Assembly: GCF_902713615.1 (NCBI RefSeq)
Contig: NC_052153.1
Coordinates: 191,255,394 to 191,319,393 of the forward strand
Reading direction: 5' to 3'
Origin: Scyliorhinus canicula
Taxonomy: Eukaryota
DNA: 64,000 nucleotides
The translations under genes were made by a program, and so were the position numbers. Position 1 is the stretch's first letter; each line of letters begins with the position of its first letter. The notes beneath the pieces are model-generated. The model worked only from the letters and a program-made list of their open reading frames with translations, did not search any database and was not told where the DNA came from. Below, one piece after another: positions 24,523-37,125 of this stretch.

Positions 24523-26124
24523 ACCATCAGCCGGACGGTACAGTCTGCGGCTCGCTCACCATCAGCCGGACGGTACAGTCTGCGGCTCGCTCACCATCAG
24601 CCGGACGGTACAGTCTGCGGCTCGCCGTCAGCCGGACGGTACAGTCTGCGGCTCGCCGTCAGCCGGATGGTACAGTCTGCGGCTCGCCGTCAGCCGGACG
24701 GTACAGTCTGCGGCTCGCCGTCAGCCGGACGGTACAGTCTGCGGCTCGCTCACCATCAGCCGGACGGTACAGTCTGCGGCTCGCCGTCAGCCGGACGGTA
24801 CAGTCTGCGGCTCGCCGTCAGCCAGACGGTACAGTCTGCGGCTCGCTCACCATCAGCCAGACGGTACAGTCTGCGGCTCGCTCACCATCAGCCGGACGGT
24901 ACAGTCTGCGGCTCGCTCACCATCAGCCGGACGGTACAGTCTGCGGCTCGCCGTCAGCCAGACGGTACAGTCTGCGGCTCGCCGTCAGCCGGACGGTACA
25001 GTCTGCGGCTCGCCGTCAGCCGGACGGTACAGTCTGCGGCTCGCTCACCATCAGCCGGACGGTACAGTCTGCGGCTCGCCGTCAGCCGGACGGTACAGTC
25101 TGCGGCTCGCCGTCAGCCGGACGGTACAGTCTGCGGCTCGCCGTCAGCCGGACGGTACAGTCTGCGGCTCGCCGTCAGCCAGACGGTACAGTCTGCGGCT
25201 CGCTCACCATCAGCCAGACGGTACAGTCTGCGGCTCGCTCACCATCAGCCGGACGGTACAGTCTGCGGCTCGCTCACCATCAGCCGGACGGTACAGTCTG
25301 CGGCTCGCCGTCAGCCAGACGGTACAGTCTGCGGCTCGCCGTCAGCCGGACGGTACAGTCTGCGGCTCGCCGTCAGCCGGACGGTACAGTCTGCGGCTCG
25401 CTCACCATCAGCCGGACGGTACAGTCTGCGGCTCGCCGTCAGCCGGACGGTACAGTCTGCGGCTCGCCGTCAGCCGGACGGTACAGTCTGCGGCTCGCCG
25501 TCAGCCGGACGGTACAGTCTGCGGCTCGCCGTCAGCCGGACGGTACAGTCTGCGGCTCGCCGTCAGCCGGGCGGTACAGTCTGCGGCTCGCCGTCAGCCG
25601 GACGGTACAGTCTGCGGCTCGCCGTCAGGCAGACGGTACAGTCTGCGGCTCGCCGTCAGGCAGACGGTACAGTCTGCGGCTCGCCGTCAGGCAGACGGTA
25701 CAGTCTGCGGCTCGCCGTCAGGCAGACGGTACAGTCTGCGGCTCGCCGTCAGGCAGACGGTACAGTCTGCGGCTCGCCGTCAGGCAGACGGTACAGTCTG
25801 CGGCTCGCCGTCAGGCAGACGGTACAGTCTGCGGCTCGCCGTCAGGCAGACGGTACAGTCTGCGGCTCGCCGTCAGGCAGACGGTACAGTCTGCGGCTCG
25901 CCGTCAGGCAGACGGTACAGTCTGCGGCTCGCCGTCAGGCAGACGGTACAGTCTGCGGCTCGCCGTCAGGCAGACGGTACAGTCTGCGGCTCGCCGTCAG
26001 GCAGACGGTACAGTCTGCGGCTCGCCATCAGGCAGACGGTACAATCTGCGGCACGCCGTCAGGCAGACGGTACAATCTGCGGCTCGCCATCAGGCAGACG
26101 GTTCTGTCTGTGGCTCGCCATCAG
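24523..26124 (+). repeat. 31/35-bp minisatellite with a 357-bp higher-order duplication
   Basis: Units cagccggacggtacagtctgcggctcg+ccgt (31) or +ctcaccat (35). The variant gccagacgg recurs at 24821 and 25178. Confidence 0.95.
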
Positions 26125-26279
26125 GTAAGTTGGATTAGTTATCATCATTTCCTGGGTGCGTTCTAAGGGAAGAACCTTGAAGCATTTCCCCAATTGTGTG
26201 CAAGCGTATGGTTCAAATGGCCGTTTGTTGCGAAGCCTGATTAACCGTCTTTCTTTTCCCACATTTCTCACTGACGCAG

Positions 26280-26459
26280 AATGACGAACCCACCTTGCAA
26301 CATTCCCTCGTGCCAACCAAAGAGCCGAATGGGGTGATCAGCAAAGAGGTTGCAGCCGGAGGAGAGGAGAAGCCGGAATTTGGAGTTCAGCCACTGAAAG
26401 AGGTGGTAATGGGGAAGGAAGGCGAGGTGGCAATGGTCCTGCAAGAGACGTCGCTGTGA
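26280..26459 (+). CDS. SLC5A6: SLC5A6 last coding exon: NDEPTLQHSLVPTKEPNGVISKEVAAGGEEKPEFGVQPLKEVVMGKEGEVAMVLQETSL*
   Basis: Polypyrimidine tract and ctgacgcag|, 180 nt, TGA at 26457-26459. NGV motif and terminal LQETSL as in human SMVT. All seven exons splice in frame. Confidence 0.93.
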   Translation, partial: NDEPTLQHSLVPTKEPNGVISKEVAAGGEEKPEFGVQPLKEVVMGKEGEVAMVLQETSL

Positions 26460-29400
26460 GAATGTATCTTGAATGGTTACTTAGTTCGTGCGTAGACGTT
26501 ACAGAGAGAGTATTTACCGTCGTTTAACAAAGGATAGCTTGCAGGATAGCGACAGAGTCACTCTTCGCTGGTTGTTGGAGGTCTCTCTTGTACAACGCTT
26601 TGCCTTTGCTGGATGACTGACAAAGAGGACGTGGGTTGGGGCTGGGGTGGGGGGGGAATGAAAGGACCGTTGGTAACTAATTGCAGTTGAGCGAAGATAT
26701 GTCTGGATTTGACAGGCAGTACTGTGGCAGTCACCGCTTCCTACCCAGACAGGTAAATGTTGCCACTGTCCCCTGTTTTCTTTTTTGGCAAGTTGCTGTT
26801 CATCTGCTTGGGGGAACCCGGTATTTTTTGTGACCTTTTCATCGCTCAGAAGTTCCTTAAAAGCTGGCACTCGACCAAATTCCGTTTTGGTGAGAGTGGA
26901 AGTTCAGGTGCTTTATTTCCCCAGGCTTTTAGGCTGCTTGTTGGGCGAGCAGTTTGTTTTCTTTTTAATTTGATATGTTATCCCGAGTCGAGACGCACAA
27001 ACGGCAGCAGGTTTCGTAGTGACGGGCGGGATCTGTCCCCTCTCTGCTGGCAGGCCACTTTCAGAATTCTTGCTGTGCCAAGCTAAGGTCGAAGCTCACT
27101 GTTTCTTGTTGTCCGTTAACCCAGTCAAGAGGCCCGCACTGCCCGCGGGATTTCCGGTTGCTTCTTTGTAACCTACCGAGATGAGACGCACAAGAGCCAC
27201 CTGGTAGAGACGCACATGAGGAACGTCCTGCCCCCTCTGATGTTATTTTCCCTTATCTGTCCTCTTCTGCTGACTAAAATGAGATTGAGACTGTGGGGCA
27301 TCTACCAACTTCTCTTCAGTCTACAGTGCAGCAAGTCCGAAGCTCCCATTTGTGGTATAAATATCTTTTAAACGTTAGATGTCAGTTGTGACTCTGTGGG
27401 GAGCAGTCTGGCCTCTCAGTAGGAAGGCCATGGGTTCAAGTCCCACCCCAGCGACCCAAACACAAGTGGCAGCATGGTAGCACGATAGCACAAGTGGATA
27501 GCACCGTGGCTTCACAGCGCCAGGGTCCCAGGTTCGATTCCCCGCTGGGTCACTGTCTGTGCAGAGTCTGCACGTTCTCCCCGTGTCTGTGTGTGTTTCC
27601 CCCGGGTGCTCCAGTTTCCTCCCACAGCCCAAAGACGTGCAGGTGAGGTGGATTGGCCGTGATAAATTGCCCTGAGTGTCGAAAAAGGTTAGATGGGGTT
27701 ATTGGGTTACGGGGATAGGGTGGAAGTGAGGGCTTAAGTGGGTCAGTGTCGACTCGATGGGCCGAATGGCCTCCTTCTGCACTGTATGTTCAATGTTAAC
27801 AGGAATCTAGACTGACTCTGCCACTGGTCCTCTGAGGGACCTGCTGCACTGTCGACTGTGCCTTCTTTCAGATCAAACTGATAACACCTCTCAGGTGACT
27901 GGGAAAGGGCCTTGCACGATGTGTTCTGATGAAGAAGGGCGAGCTCTCCCCCCTTGCCCTGCTGCCAGTATTTGTTGGAACAGGCTCGACGGGCTGAATG
28001 GCCTTCTGTTCCTCTGCCCCCCCCGTACAACTGAGCCAGCTGAGAAAACGGAAATAAGAACGGAAAATGCTGGGAAACACACAGCGGGTCTGGTAGCATC
28101 TGTGGAGAAAGAGGAGGGTGGGTAAAAGAACAAAGGAGAAGGGCGGCGATAGAATGGAAAGCAGCAGAGGTTAAATGAAGTAAGGTTTCATGGCGCAAGA
28201 CCAAAGGAAATGGCTGATGAAACAAATAAAGAAACAAAAGATGTGTCTAGAGGAGGTGTCAATAGCAGGATCGCAGCCATCCAAAAGCAATGGAAATCAG
28301 AGGACAAAAAACAAAATGGGGACAGAGGTTAGAATCTAATATTGTTGAACTTAACATTGAGTCCAAAAGACTGTAAAGTACCCAGCCTAAAGATGAGGTG
28401 TTGTTCCTCCAGCTTCCCAAGGCCGCTTTCTGTAACGCAATCCTGTCAGTCCCATTTTCCCGCTCTTATCTCAGTAGCCCTAACCTTTCCCAGTTCTGGT
28501 CATGGCCCTCAAAGGCTCAACTCTTCTTCTCCCTCCATAGACGCTACCAGACCTGCTGAGTACTTCCAGCATTTTGGGTATCCATTTCCGATTTTCGACA
28601 TCCAGAGTATTTTGCTTTTTGTGTTTGGGGGGGAAAAGCAGGGATTCTGTTAAAGCAGCCTTGCTTCATTGGAGGTGTCCCACCTCGAAGCCACTGCTTC
28701 TGCCACTCCCAACTTTGCAGATCCGTCACACCAATCATCCTCCAGGTACAGATCACATCAAGGATCTCGGAGGCATTCTAGATTTCTGTGCGGGCGATAA
28801 AAGTGTTGCAAGTCCGGATCTGTATTGCGTATGATTCATAGAATTCCTATAGTGCAGAAAGAGGCCATTCAGCCCGTTGGGTTTGTACCCACCCTCCGAA
28901 AGAACACCCTACCCGTGGTCCCTGGTGCTGTGAGGCAGCAGTGCTAACCACTGCGCCACCGTGTCGGCCTGTAACCAGTGTGATCGTTTTTCCCCTTCCA
29001 GTGGTCTGATAGAAGGTTCATTCCCACGACCCTGCGTGTACTAACCCCAGCAGTGCAAGAATCAAACTCCTTCCTGAGATCCTGTGATCTCTCTCGGGCC
29101 AGGCCGAGCTCACAAACCCGGGTGGTCGATTTACGTTTTCTACTTGCTTTATTCCTATTATTGAGGAGGCAAGATGTGCGATCAACCAAATTTGATGGGA
29201 GAATTCCTGTTTTGTTTTTTAAGATTAATTCTTGCAGTGTCAGCTTGCGTTCGATTTACGAAAACAAATAGCCTGCTTGGTAAACATGAAAGCACAAACT
29301 CTTCCTAACCAGAGAATAATGTCCTCCCCTGCCCGCCAGGTTGATTTCTCCTCCCTAATTCTGATCCATCAGACATAGGAGCAGAATTAGGCCACTCGGC

Positions 29401-31129
29401 CCATCGACTCCGCTCCGCCATTCAATCATGGCTGATATTTTTGTCATCCCCATTCTCCTGCCTTCTCCCCATAACCCCCGATCCGCTTATTAATCAAGAA
29501 CCTATCTATCTCTGTCTTAAAGACGCTCAGTGATTTGGCCTCCACATCCCTGCCTGACTCCTTGAGGTGAAAGAGTCGTTCGCTGCTAAACATGGGGTAA
29601 ATGGCCAGCTGCTGCCTCTGAATTGGTCATTGCCCAGAATCCGCCCCACATTTAATCCACCTCTCACCTTTCTGCGCCCCAGTGCGAGGCCGGCTGGAGC
29701 GATTAACCCACATTCTAGCACCTTCTGTGTTACGAAACCTCCCGTGGGGGAATGACCACAGAATCGCAAATGGCGAAGGATTGTCGGTCACGTTTAATTT
29801 CGCGAGAGTTCAATGGGCCACCGTAGTTACACTTTGTGGCTGCAGGTAGTCGTGTCAGAGGTTAATAACATCTCTAATATTCTTCTTTGTTTTTTATTTA
29901 TTTCTTTAAATTGGGGGAATGGTGGAATTGTTGACATTCCTGACACACCTGTGTCCAGGAGATGCTGGAAATCAAGCGGGAACGTTCGCTACAAGATTCT
30001 CCCCTCAGCATGGCATTGAATCACAACATGGTACTCTGAATGGAGTCCGTGTTGGTCACTCCCATCGCCTGTAATGTGAATTCCTCACTGCCCTGTCTTG
30101 TACACTTCAGCTAGACCCCCTCCTCTGTGTGGGGCAAGGAGGGACATCACGTGTCGGAACAACAAACCACTCAATACCAGACAGAGGTCCCACCTTTCGC
30201 CCTCTTCTGGTCACTGTGATCTTTGGCAAAGTGGGAATTCATTTTCTGACAGTGGGAATCTTAATTTTTGTTTTGTGGATCTGTCTCACCCCGAGACGTG
30301 AATGCGGTTGCGATCGGAGTACAATCCAGGAAAAGTGAATTGAAATCCCACCGCGAGATTTGGGAAAGAGAATCCGGGAGTATAAAGCTTGAGTCAGTAA
30401 AAATGATCAGAATGATCGGGGGGGATACCCAACCGGTTCACTTAGCCGAGGGAACCTACTCTCCTCACCCAGTCTAGGTTCATACCTGACAATCTCACAG
30501 CAACGTGCCTGATTCTTAACAGGCCCGAAATGGCTTTAGGGAGCCACCCGGTTGTCATTGTCCTTGAAGGAGGCCTGCCAGCTCTGAAGGTCACTAGAGA
30601 TGAGTGGGGAGTAGCAGTCATTGCAAGTCACACCCATCACCCAGGGAGCAAGGCTCCATTTTAAAACCGAGATGCTGCCATAGGTTCAAACCCAGCCCCA
30701 GGCCTCTTTGTCTGTTTTAGCCAAGGAGGCCCTTTCACACTTGCCCAACATCTGCTGAGGGGAAGCCAAAGGGGCGTTTGGTCCTCGGCCAATACTTGCC
30801 CACATCCTGGGCTGAGGGGCCAAACCCCGAACCCATTGCTGGGCCAAGTTTGAACCAGACATACACTAAAGAGAACCATTTTTCTCACAAAGGCACCGAT
30901 AATTTAATTTTAATTTATGGTACATTTAAATTATTGCTTATCTGCAAGATTTTGGAAAAATATGCTGTTATTTACGGATATGATTTCTTTTTAATTCTGT
31001 GCAAATTTAAAAATTTGTCTTTGGCAAGAGCCAGATTGGGTTTTGTAAGTAATGTGGTTCAACTGTTTTAAGAAAACTAATCTGTTCATAATGTATGGAT
31101 GTATCATGCCAACGTATCATTTTTATATA

Positions 31130-31315
31130 TGGTCTTGTAGACAGCGTACCGTGTGTGCGCACAGCGTGGTGTACCGCGTGTGTGCTGCATTCTGCGTGTG
31201 CACAGCACTGCAAACTGTGTGCACGCACACAGCGCAGCGTACCCTGTGCGGCACACAGCACGGCGTACCATGTTCGTGCACAGTGTGCCGTTCTGTGTGC
31301 ACAAAGTATATCACA
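31130..31315. repeat. Degenerate GT/CA-rich low-complexity repeat
   Basis: Recurrent gtgtgcacagc / gcgtacc motifs. Confidence 0.6.
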
Positions 31316-31833
31316 ATGTATGTTTGTGTTCAAAGTATATTGTCTGGTCTAAGCGAGTTGTTAAATGTCAGTGTGTAGATGCAGTGTTTCTGATTCCATG
31401 TGACAGCTGCTGGTCCAGTATTTGGTGCATTTTACTGTTTGTTGTGCTGCATGGTTGGGAACGTTTTGTAACAATGTCCGATTTCTCAGCAAGGACATGC
31501 TAAACACACACTCAATATTCATACCATCGAAAGCCAAGCAGGGTGGCGCAGTGGTTAGCACTGTGGAGTCCATGTGGCGTTTGCACATTCTCCCCGTGTC
31601 TGCGTGGGTCTCACCCCCACAACCCATGGATTGGCCACACTAAATTGCCCCTTGATTGGGGGGAAAAAAAAGAGAACCGGGTACTCTAAGTTTTAATAAA
31701 TAATTATACCATCACAATAATCTGTAGCATGGTGGATAATCAACCAGCACGGTAATTGGGCTGGCCCTGGAGTGAACAAAAATTACCTTGAAAGCTGTCA
31801 GTTTGCTCTAAAAGGCCAGGAGATTGGTTGAGA

Positions 31834-32816
31834 CAGTAGTGTGGAGGTTAAGCGTACAGTAGTGTGGAGGTTAAGAGTGCGGTAGTGTGGATGTTCAGTG
31901 TACGGTCGTGCGGAGGTTAAGCGTACAGTAGTGTGGAGGTTAAGCGTACAGTAGTGTGGATGTTAAGCATACAGCAGTGTGGATGTTAAGCGTACAGCAG
32001 TGCGGAGGTTAAGCGTACAGTAGTGTGGAGGTTAAGCGTACAGTAGTGTGGAGGTTAAGCGTACAGCAGTGCGGAGGTTAAGCGTACAGTAGTGTGGAGG
32101 TTAAGCATACAGTACAGTGGAGGTTAAGCGTACAGCAGTGTGGATGTTAAGCGTACAGCAGTGTGGATGTTAAGCGTACAGCAGTGTGGAGGTTAAGCGT
32201 ACAGCAGTGCGGAGGTTAAGCGTACAGCAGTGTGGAGGTTAAGCGTACAGCAGTGTGGAGGTTAAGCGTACAGCAGTGCGGAGGTTAAGCGTACAGCAGT
32301 GTGGAGGTTAAGCGTACAGCAGTGTGGATGTTAAGCATACAGCAGTGTGGAGGTTAAGCGTACAGTAGTGTGGAGGTTAAGCATACAGCAGTGCGGAGGT
32401 TAAGCGTACAGTAGTGTGGAGGTTAAGCGTACAGCAGTGTGGAGGTTAAGCGTACAGCAGTGTGGAGGTTAAGCGTACATTAGTGTGGATGTTAAGCATA
32501 CAGCAGTGTGGAGGTTAAGCGTACAGTAGTGTGGAGGTTAAGCATACAGCAGTGCGGAGGTTAAGCGTACAGCAGTGTGGAGGTTAAGCGTACAGTAGTG
32601 TGGAGGTTAAGCATACAGCAGTGCGGAGGTTAAGCGTACAGTAGTGTGGATGTTAAGCGTACAGTAGTGTAGATGTTAAGCGTACAGTAGTGTGGAGGTT
32701 AAGCGTACAGCAGTGCGGAGGTTAAGCGTACAGTAGTGTGGAGGTTAAGCGTACAGCAGTGTGGAGGTTAAGCGTACAGCAGTGCGGAGGTTAAGCGTAC
32801 AGTAGTGTGGAGGTTA
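31834..32816 (+). repeat. 23-bp minisatellite, about 42 copies (GTTAAGCGTACAGYAGTGYGGAK)
   Basis: Direct tandem repeat with no spacers. Confidence 0.97.
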
Positions 32817-35800
32817 TGTTAACGCACAGCAATCCAGAAGTTTGAACTGATGAGTTTAATCCAAACACTGCAGCTGAAAATTTAAACTCAGTTGTTAAGT
32901 AAATCAGGACTACAGAACCAGTCTCAATAATAATGGTGGCCATAAAACTGCCAGATTACTGTGTGGAAATTCATGTGGTACACGCATAACTGTGGATTCC
33001 CATCCCTAAATGGCATTAGTGAACAGCCTGGGTTTTTACAGCAATCCATAGTTTTGTGGTCACCGATTCCATATTTTTAAAACATGAATTGAATTTATTA
33101 ATTTAATTAAAATTCCACCAGCTACCATGACTAACCCTGAGAGTTAGTCTGGGTCTCTGGATTAACCCGTCCAGTGACGTTACCACTACACCACTCTCCC
33201 CCAACATCAGTAAATGTTGGCCTTGCCACCGATATCCACGTCGCAAAGAACAAATTAAATTAAACACCGGGGAGCGGTTTTGCGAGCCCACTTCTGATTT
33301 GTTACAATCTGCCGCGCTTCAAACTGGAGAAACTTGTCTTCCTTTGCGATTGAGGGGGTGATGTGACTGCAGATACAGAGAAACTGTTTCCACTGCGATG
33401 GAATTGAAAGCGAGGGGGACACAATCTTCGAGTGTTTTGGGAAGAAATCAAGAAGTAATTTCTCCACACATAGGCCGCTGGCGATCTGAAGCACACTCTC
33501 GCCAAAAGACTGTATCAATTGGAGCTTTCCAAACTGAGACACAGAATCTTTTTTAGCTGAACCTGTTTTTAATTCTGTTCATACTGTTTTCCACTCTGGT
33601 CCGGAAAGTGTTTATTTTAGTTTTTTTAATATTTTATATCATACAAACACGTTGTAATTCTACTGCAGTACATGTCTGGACGTGTACAATTTATATTGGT
33701 ATCTATTCAGAACGTGTGGATGTTACTGGCAAGGCCATCATTTAATGTCTGTCCCTTAGTATGATTTGTCGGCGTTCACCAAAAGGATTCAACGATAAAC
33801 TCTTGTGTCCTAAGAGGCAACATGAGTTTTGATCCCAGGTCATGTAAGAAGATGGAAGCCACAAGAAGGCTATCATCACCCATCCATGACCCTTGAGGAA
33901 TTGGTGGTGTGACGCTGCCTTGAACCGTTGCAACCCACGTGTAGGTACGTCCACTGTGCAGTTAGAGGGAGGGAGGGGGGGAGATCCAGAATTTTGACCC
34001 AGTGTCAGTGAAGGATTTTGTTGCAAGTTAGGGTGGTGAGTGACTTGGCTGGGAGCTTGCAGGCAGTGGTGTTCCCAGGTATCTGCTGCCCTTGTCCTTC
34101 TAAGTGGTAGAGGTCGTAGGTTTGGGAGGTGCTGCCTAAGGAGCCTTGGTGATTTGCTGCAGTGCATCTTGTATTTGGTGTACATTGCAAATATGTGTAT
34201 GATATATACATGTATATTGTCAATTCTACACCCTGGAGATGTAATAACAATCTAGAGGTGTCATCCTCTCCATCATGCTGGAATGTAGGAAACTTTCTCC
34301 ACACAAATGCTGCTGAGATCTAGGCAGAATTTTCAGTTTCATTCCAGCTGCCCATCGCCTGCAGAATCTGACCTTTTGTTCTGTTTTTCTTATCATCCTT
34401 CAAGGTCTGCGCTTGGTGATGTCTAAACTGGGCTAATCAGGGAGCAGGCATTAAGCCTTACCCAATTCCAGTATCGTGATTGCTCATTTTCGCCCACCGC
34501 TCAGACTAAGTGACTGACTGGTTTGCTGCACCATCTGCTGTGTTGGCCCATTGCTATCTTAGATAATCACCACCATAGGGGTTAAGATTGGGCTCTGTGC
34601 CCATGAGGCTGCGGACAGTATTCCTGCTGCTCGTGCTGGGAAAGCTGCCTGTTGTGAGGAAGGAGTAAGCTCAGCTGTGGAACCTACAGTGCAGAAGGAG
34701 GCCATTCGGCCCATCGAGTCTGCACCGGCTCTTGGAAAGAGCACCCTACCCAAGGTCCACACCTCCGCCCTATCCAACCCCACCCAACACTAAGGACAAT
34801 TTTGGACAGTAAGGGCAATTTATCATGGCCAATCCACCTAACCTGCACATCTTTGGACTGTGGGAGGAAACCGGAGCACCCGGAGGAAACCCACGCAGAC
34901 ACGGGGAGAATGTGTAGACCCCACACAGACAGTGACCCAAGCCGGGAATCGAGTTAATAAATAAAATCGCTCGTGGAAAATGTAAACTTTTTTTAAAAAT
35001 GCCCCAATGATTTTTTTTTTCTCCTGGGTCTATTCACAGTAGTGACCTGGAGATTAAACTCCCAATTCCTGGGGACTCAGCAACTCTGGGAGTAATACTG
35101 CATTGACAAATAGAAAAAGGATTATGTTTAAATAGCACCTTGCTCATCCTCCGGACATCCGGAAAGCACTTCACGGCCACCGAGTTTCGTAGGCACAGCA
35201 CGATCCCACGGCCAGCACTGAAATGAACAGCTTTTTAAAGACCCAGCGAGTGGTTTGCGAGTAGCGGGCACACTTCTGAGTCAGAACGTTTGGGTTTCAA
35301 GTCCCCCACTCCTGGGCTCGAGCATAGCTATCAAAGATCGTCACTCCAGGGCAGCCATGAGGCAGTGCTGCCCCGTCAGAGGTGCTGCCTTTTGGGCGCT
35401 ACATTAAACTGAGGCCCACACTGTCCCCTCGTAAAAGGACCTACAGCAAGCAAAGCAGAGGAGTTCTGTCCTGTGTCCTGGTCAATATTTACCTCAATCA
35501 ACATCACAGAAACAAATTATTTGGATTTGGATTTTTGTTTATTGTCACTTGTACCAAAGTACAATGAAAAGTATTTTTCTGCAAGCAGCTCAACAGATCA
35601 TTAAGTACATGAAAAGAAAAGGAAATAAAAGAAAATACATAATAGGGCAACACAAGGTACACAATGTAACTACATAACACCGGCATTGGGTGAAGCACAC
35701 AGGGGTTTAGTGTTAATGAGGTCAGTCTGTAAGAGGGTTGTTTAGAAATCTGGTGACAGTGGGGAAGAAGCTGTTTTTGAGTCTGTTCGTGCGTGTTCTC

Positions 35801-36777
35801 AGACTTCTGTATCTCCTGCCCGATGGAAGAAGTTGGAAGAGTGAGTAAGACGGGTGGGAGGGGTCTTTGATTATGCTGCCCGCTTTCCCCAGGCAGCGGG
35901 AGGTGTAAATGGAGTCCATGGATGGGAGGCAGGTTCGTGTGATGGACTGGGCGGTGTTCACGACTCTCTGAAGTTTCTTGCGGTCTTGGTCAAAATCACA
36001 TTGCTGTTTGTGGGGCCTTGCTGTGTGAAAATTGGTGGCCGTGTTTCCGACGTTACAACAGTGATTACACTTCAAACAGTACTTAATTTGTTCTGAAGCA
36101 CTTTGGGACATTTGGCGGTTGAGGGAGCCACTCTGCAGGTCTTTTCCTTTTTAGACAAAGTTGGTTAATAATGTGACGTTGCTCAGCCTGGTTCCAGGCG
36201 ATTAACCTGGCTCGTTGGAGTCCAAGACGAGCTGAAAGGTCTTTCCCGATCAAACCCAAGTCCTAACCAGATGTTGAGGTTCTCAGGAGGGGTCAGAGAA
36301 GGAAAAAGATCAGCACAAAATGTTGTAACGTATAAATCCAGTCTGATGTTGCAAGAGTGGCCTTGGGATGTTTGATGGAGGTTTGTTATTCCTTGCCCAG
36401 TGATATCCGAGGAACCATTTTATCAGCAATTGCTGATTGTCAAAGAATTGTGTCTAACATTTTTAGTCTAAGGTTACAATAATTGTATAACCCAGTAACA
36501 ATTTCGAGTGGGGAGTTGAGTTGCTTTATATTATGTGTAATGAAATCTTCAGTGTAAACTGTTGGACTGGTCCCAATGAGTGTACTGATGAGAATTCTTT
36601 TCTTTATATTTTGATTATTGTTTCAACAAATTTGCCTTAATATAAAATGAGATTACTGCCATTCCATTATCTATACCAAGGAAAAATTAAAAGACTATCT
36701 TTGGAGAACACACCAACTTTTTCTACACTGTTGCTGCTGTGTCTTGGTGTTGAGTTTTGTATTGTCAGCATGTACCA

Positions 36778-37125
36778 TGAGGCAGTGGCCTAGTGGTATT
36801 GTCACTGGACTAGTAAGCCGGAGACCCAGAGTCATGTTCTGGGAACCTGGGTTCGAATCCCACCATGGCAGATCGCAAAATTTGAATTCAATAAAAATAA
36901 AACCCTGGAATTAAAAGTCTAATGATGACCACAAAACCATTGTCGATTGTTGCAAAAACCCATCTGGTTGACTTGCGTCCATTAGGGAAGGAAATCTGTC
37001 GGCCATACCTGGTTTGGCTTACTGTGTGACTCCAGACCCACAGCAATGTGGTTGACTGTTTGCCCTCAGGGATGGGCAATTAATGTTGGCCCAGCCAGCG
37101 ATGCCCACATCCCATGAACAAATTT
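36778..37125 (+). mobile_element. DeuSINE/SacSINE1-like element. Other fragments at about 42235-42595 (+), 15285-15600 (-), 32870-33250 (-), 30430-30640 (-)
   Basis: tRNA-like head tggcctagtgg...ggttcgaatccc; central aaaacccatctgg...agggaaggaaatctg...atgtgactccagac. Confidence 0.6.

Noticed and set aside
24385-26166. ORFs of 593 and 538 aa on the + strand
   Set aside because: Translation of a 31/35-bp minisatellite whose units are not multiples of three and contain no stops; the start lies in a SINE.
31834-32816. Possible CRISPR-like array (also 24523-26124 and 50523-50944)
   Set aside because: Repeats are contiguous with no unique spacers, there are no cas genes, and the DNA is vertebrate.
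24523-32816. Shared GTACAG..TG(C/T)GG motif between the 31-bp and 23-bp minisatellites
   Set aside because: Too short to distinguish from chance; the rest of the units do not align.
33255-33542. ORFs in unique sequence considered as possible TCF23 or other exons (also 28944-29189, 38602-38904, 45609-45893)
   Set aside because: No recognisable motifs, no consistent splice-site pairs, no bHLH signature.
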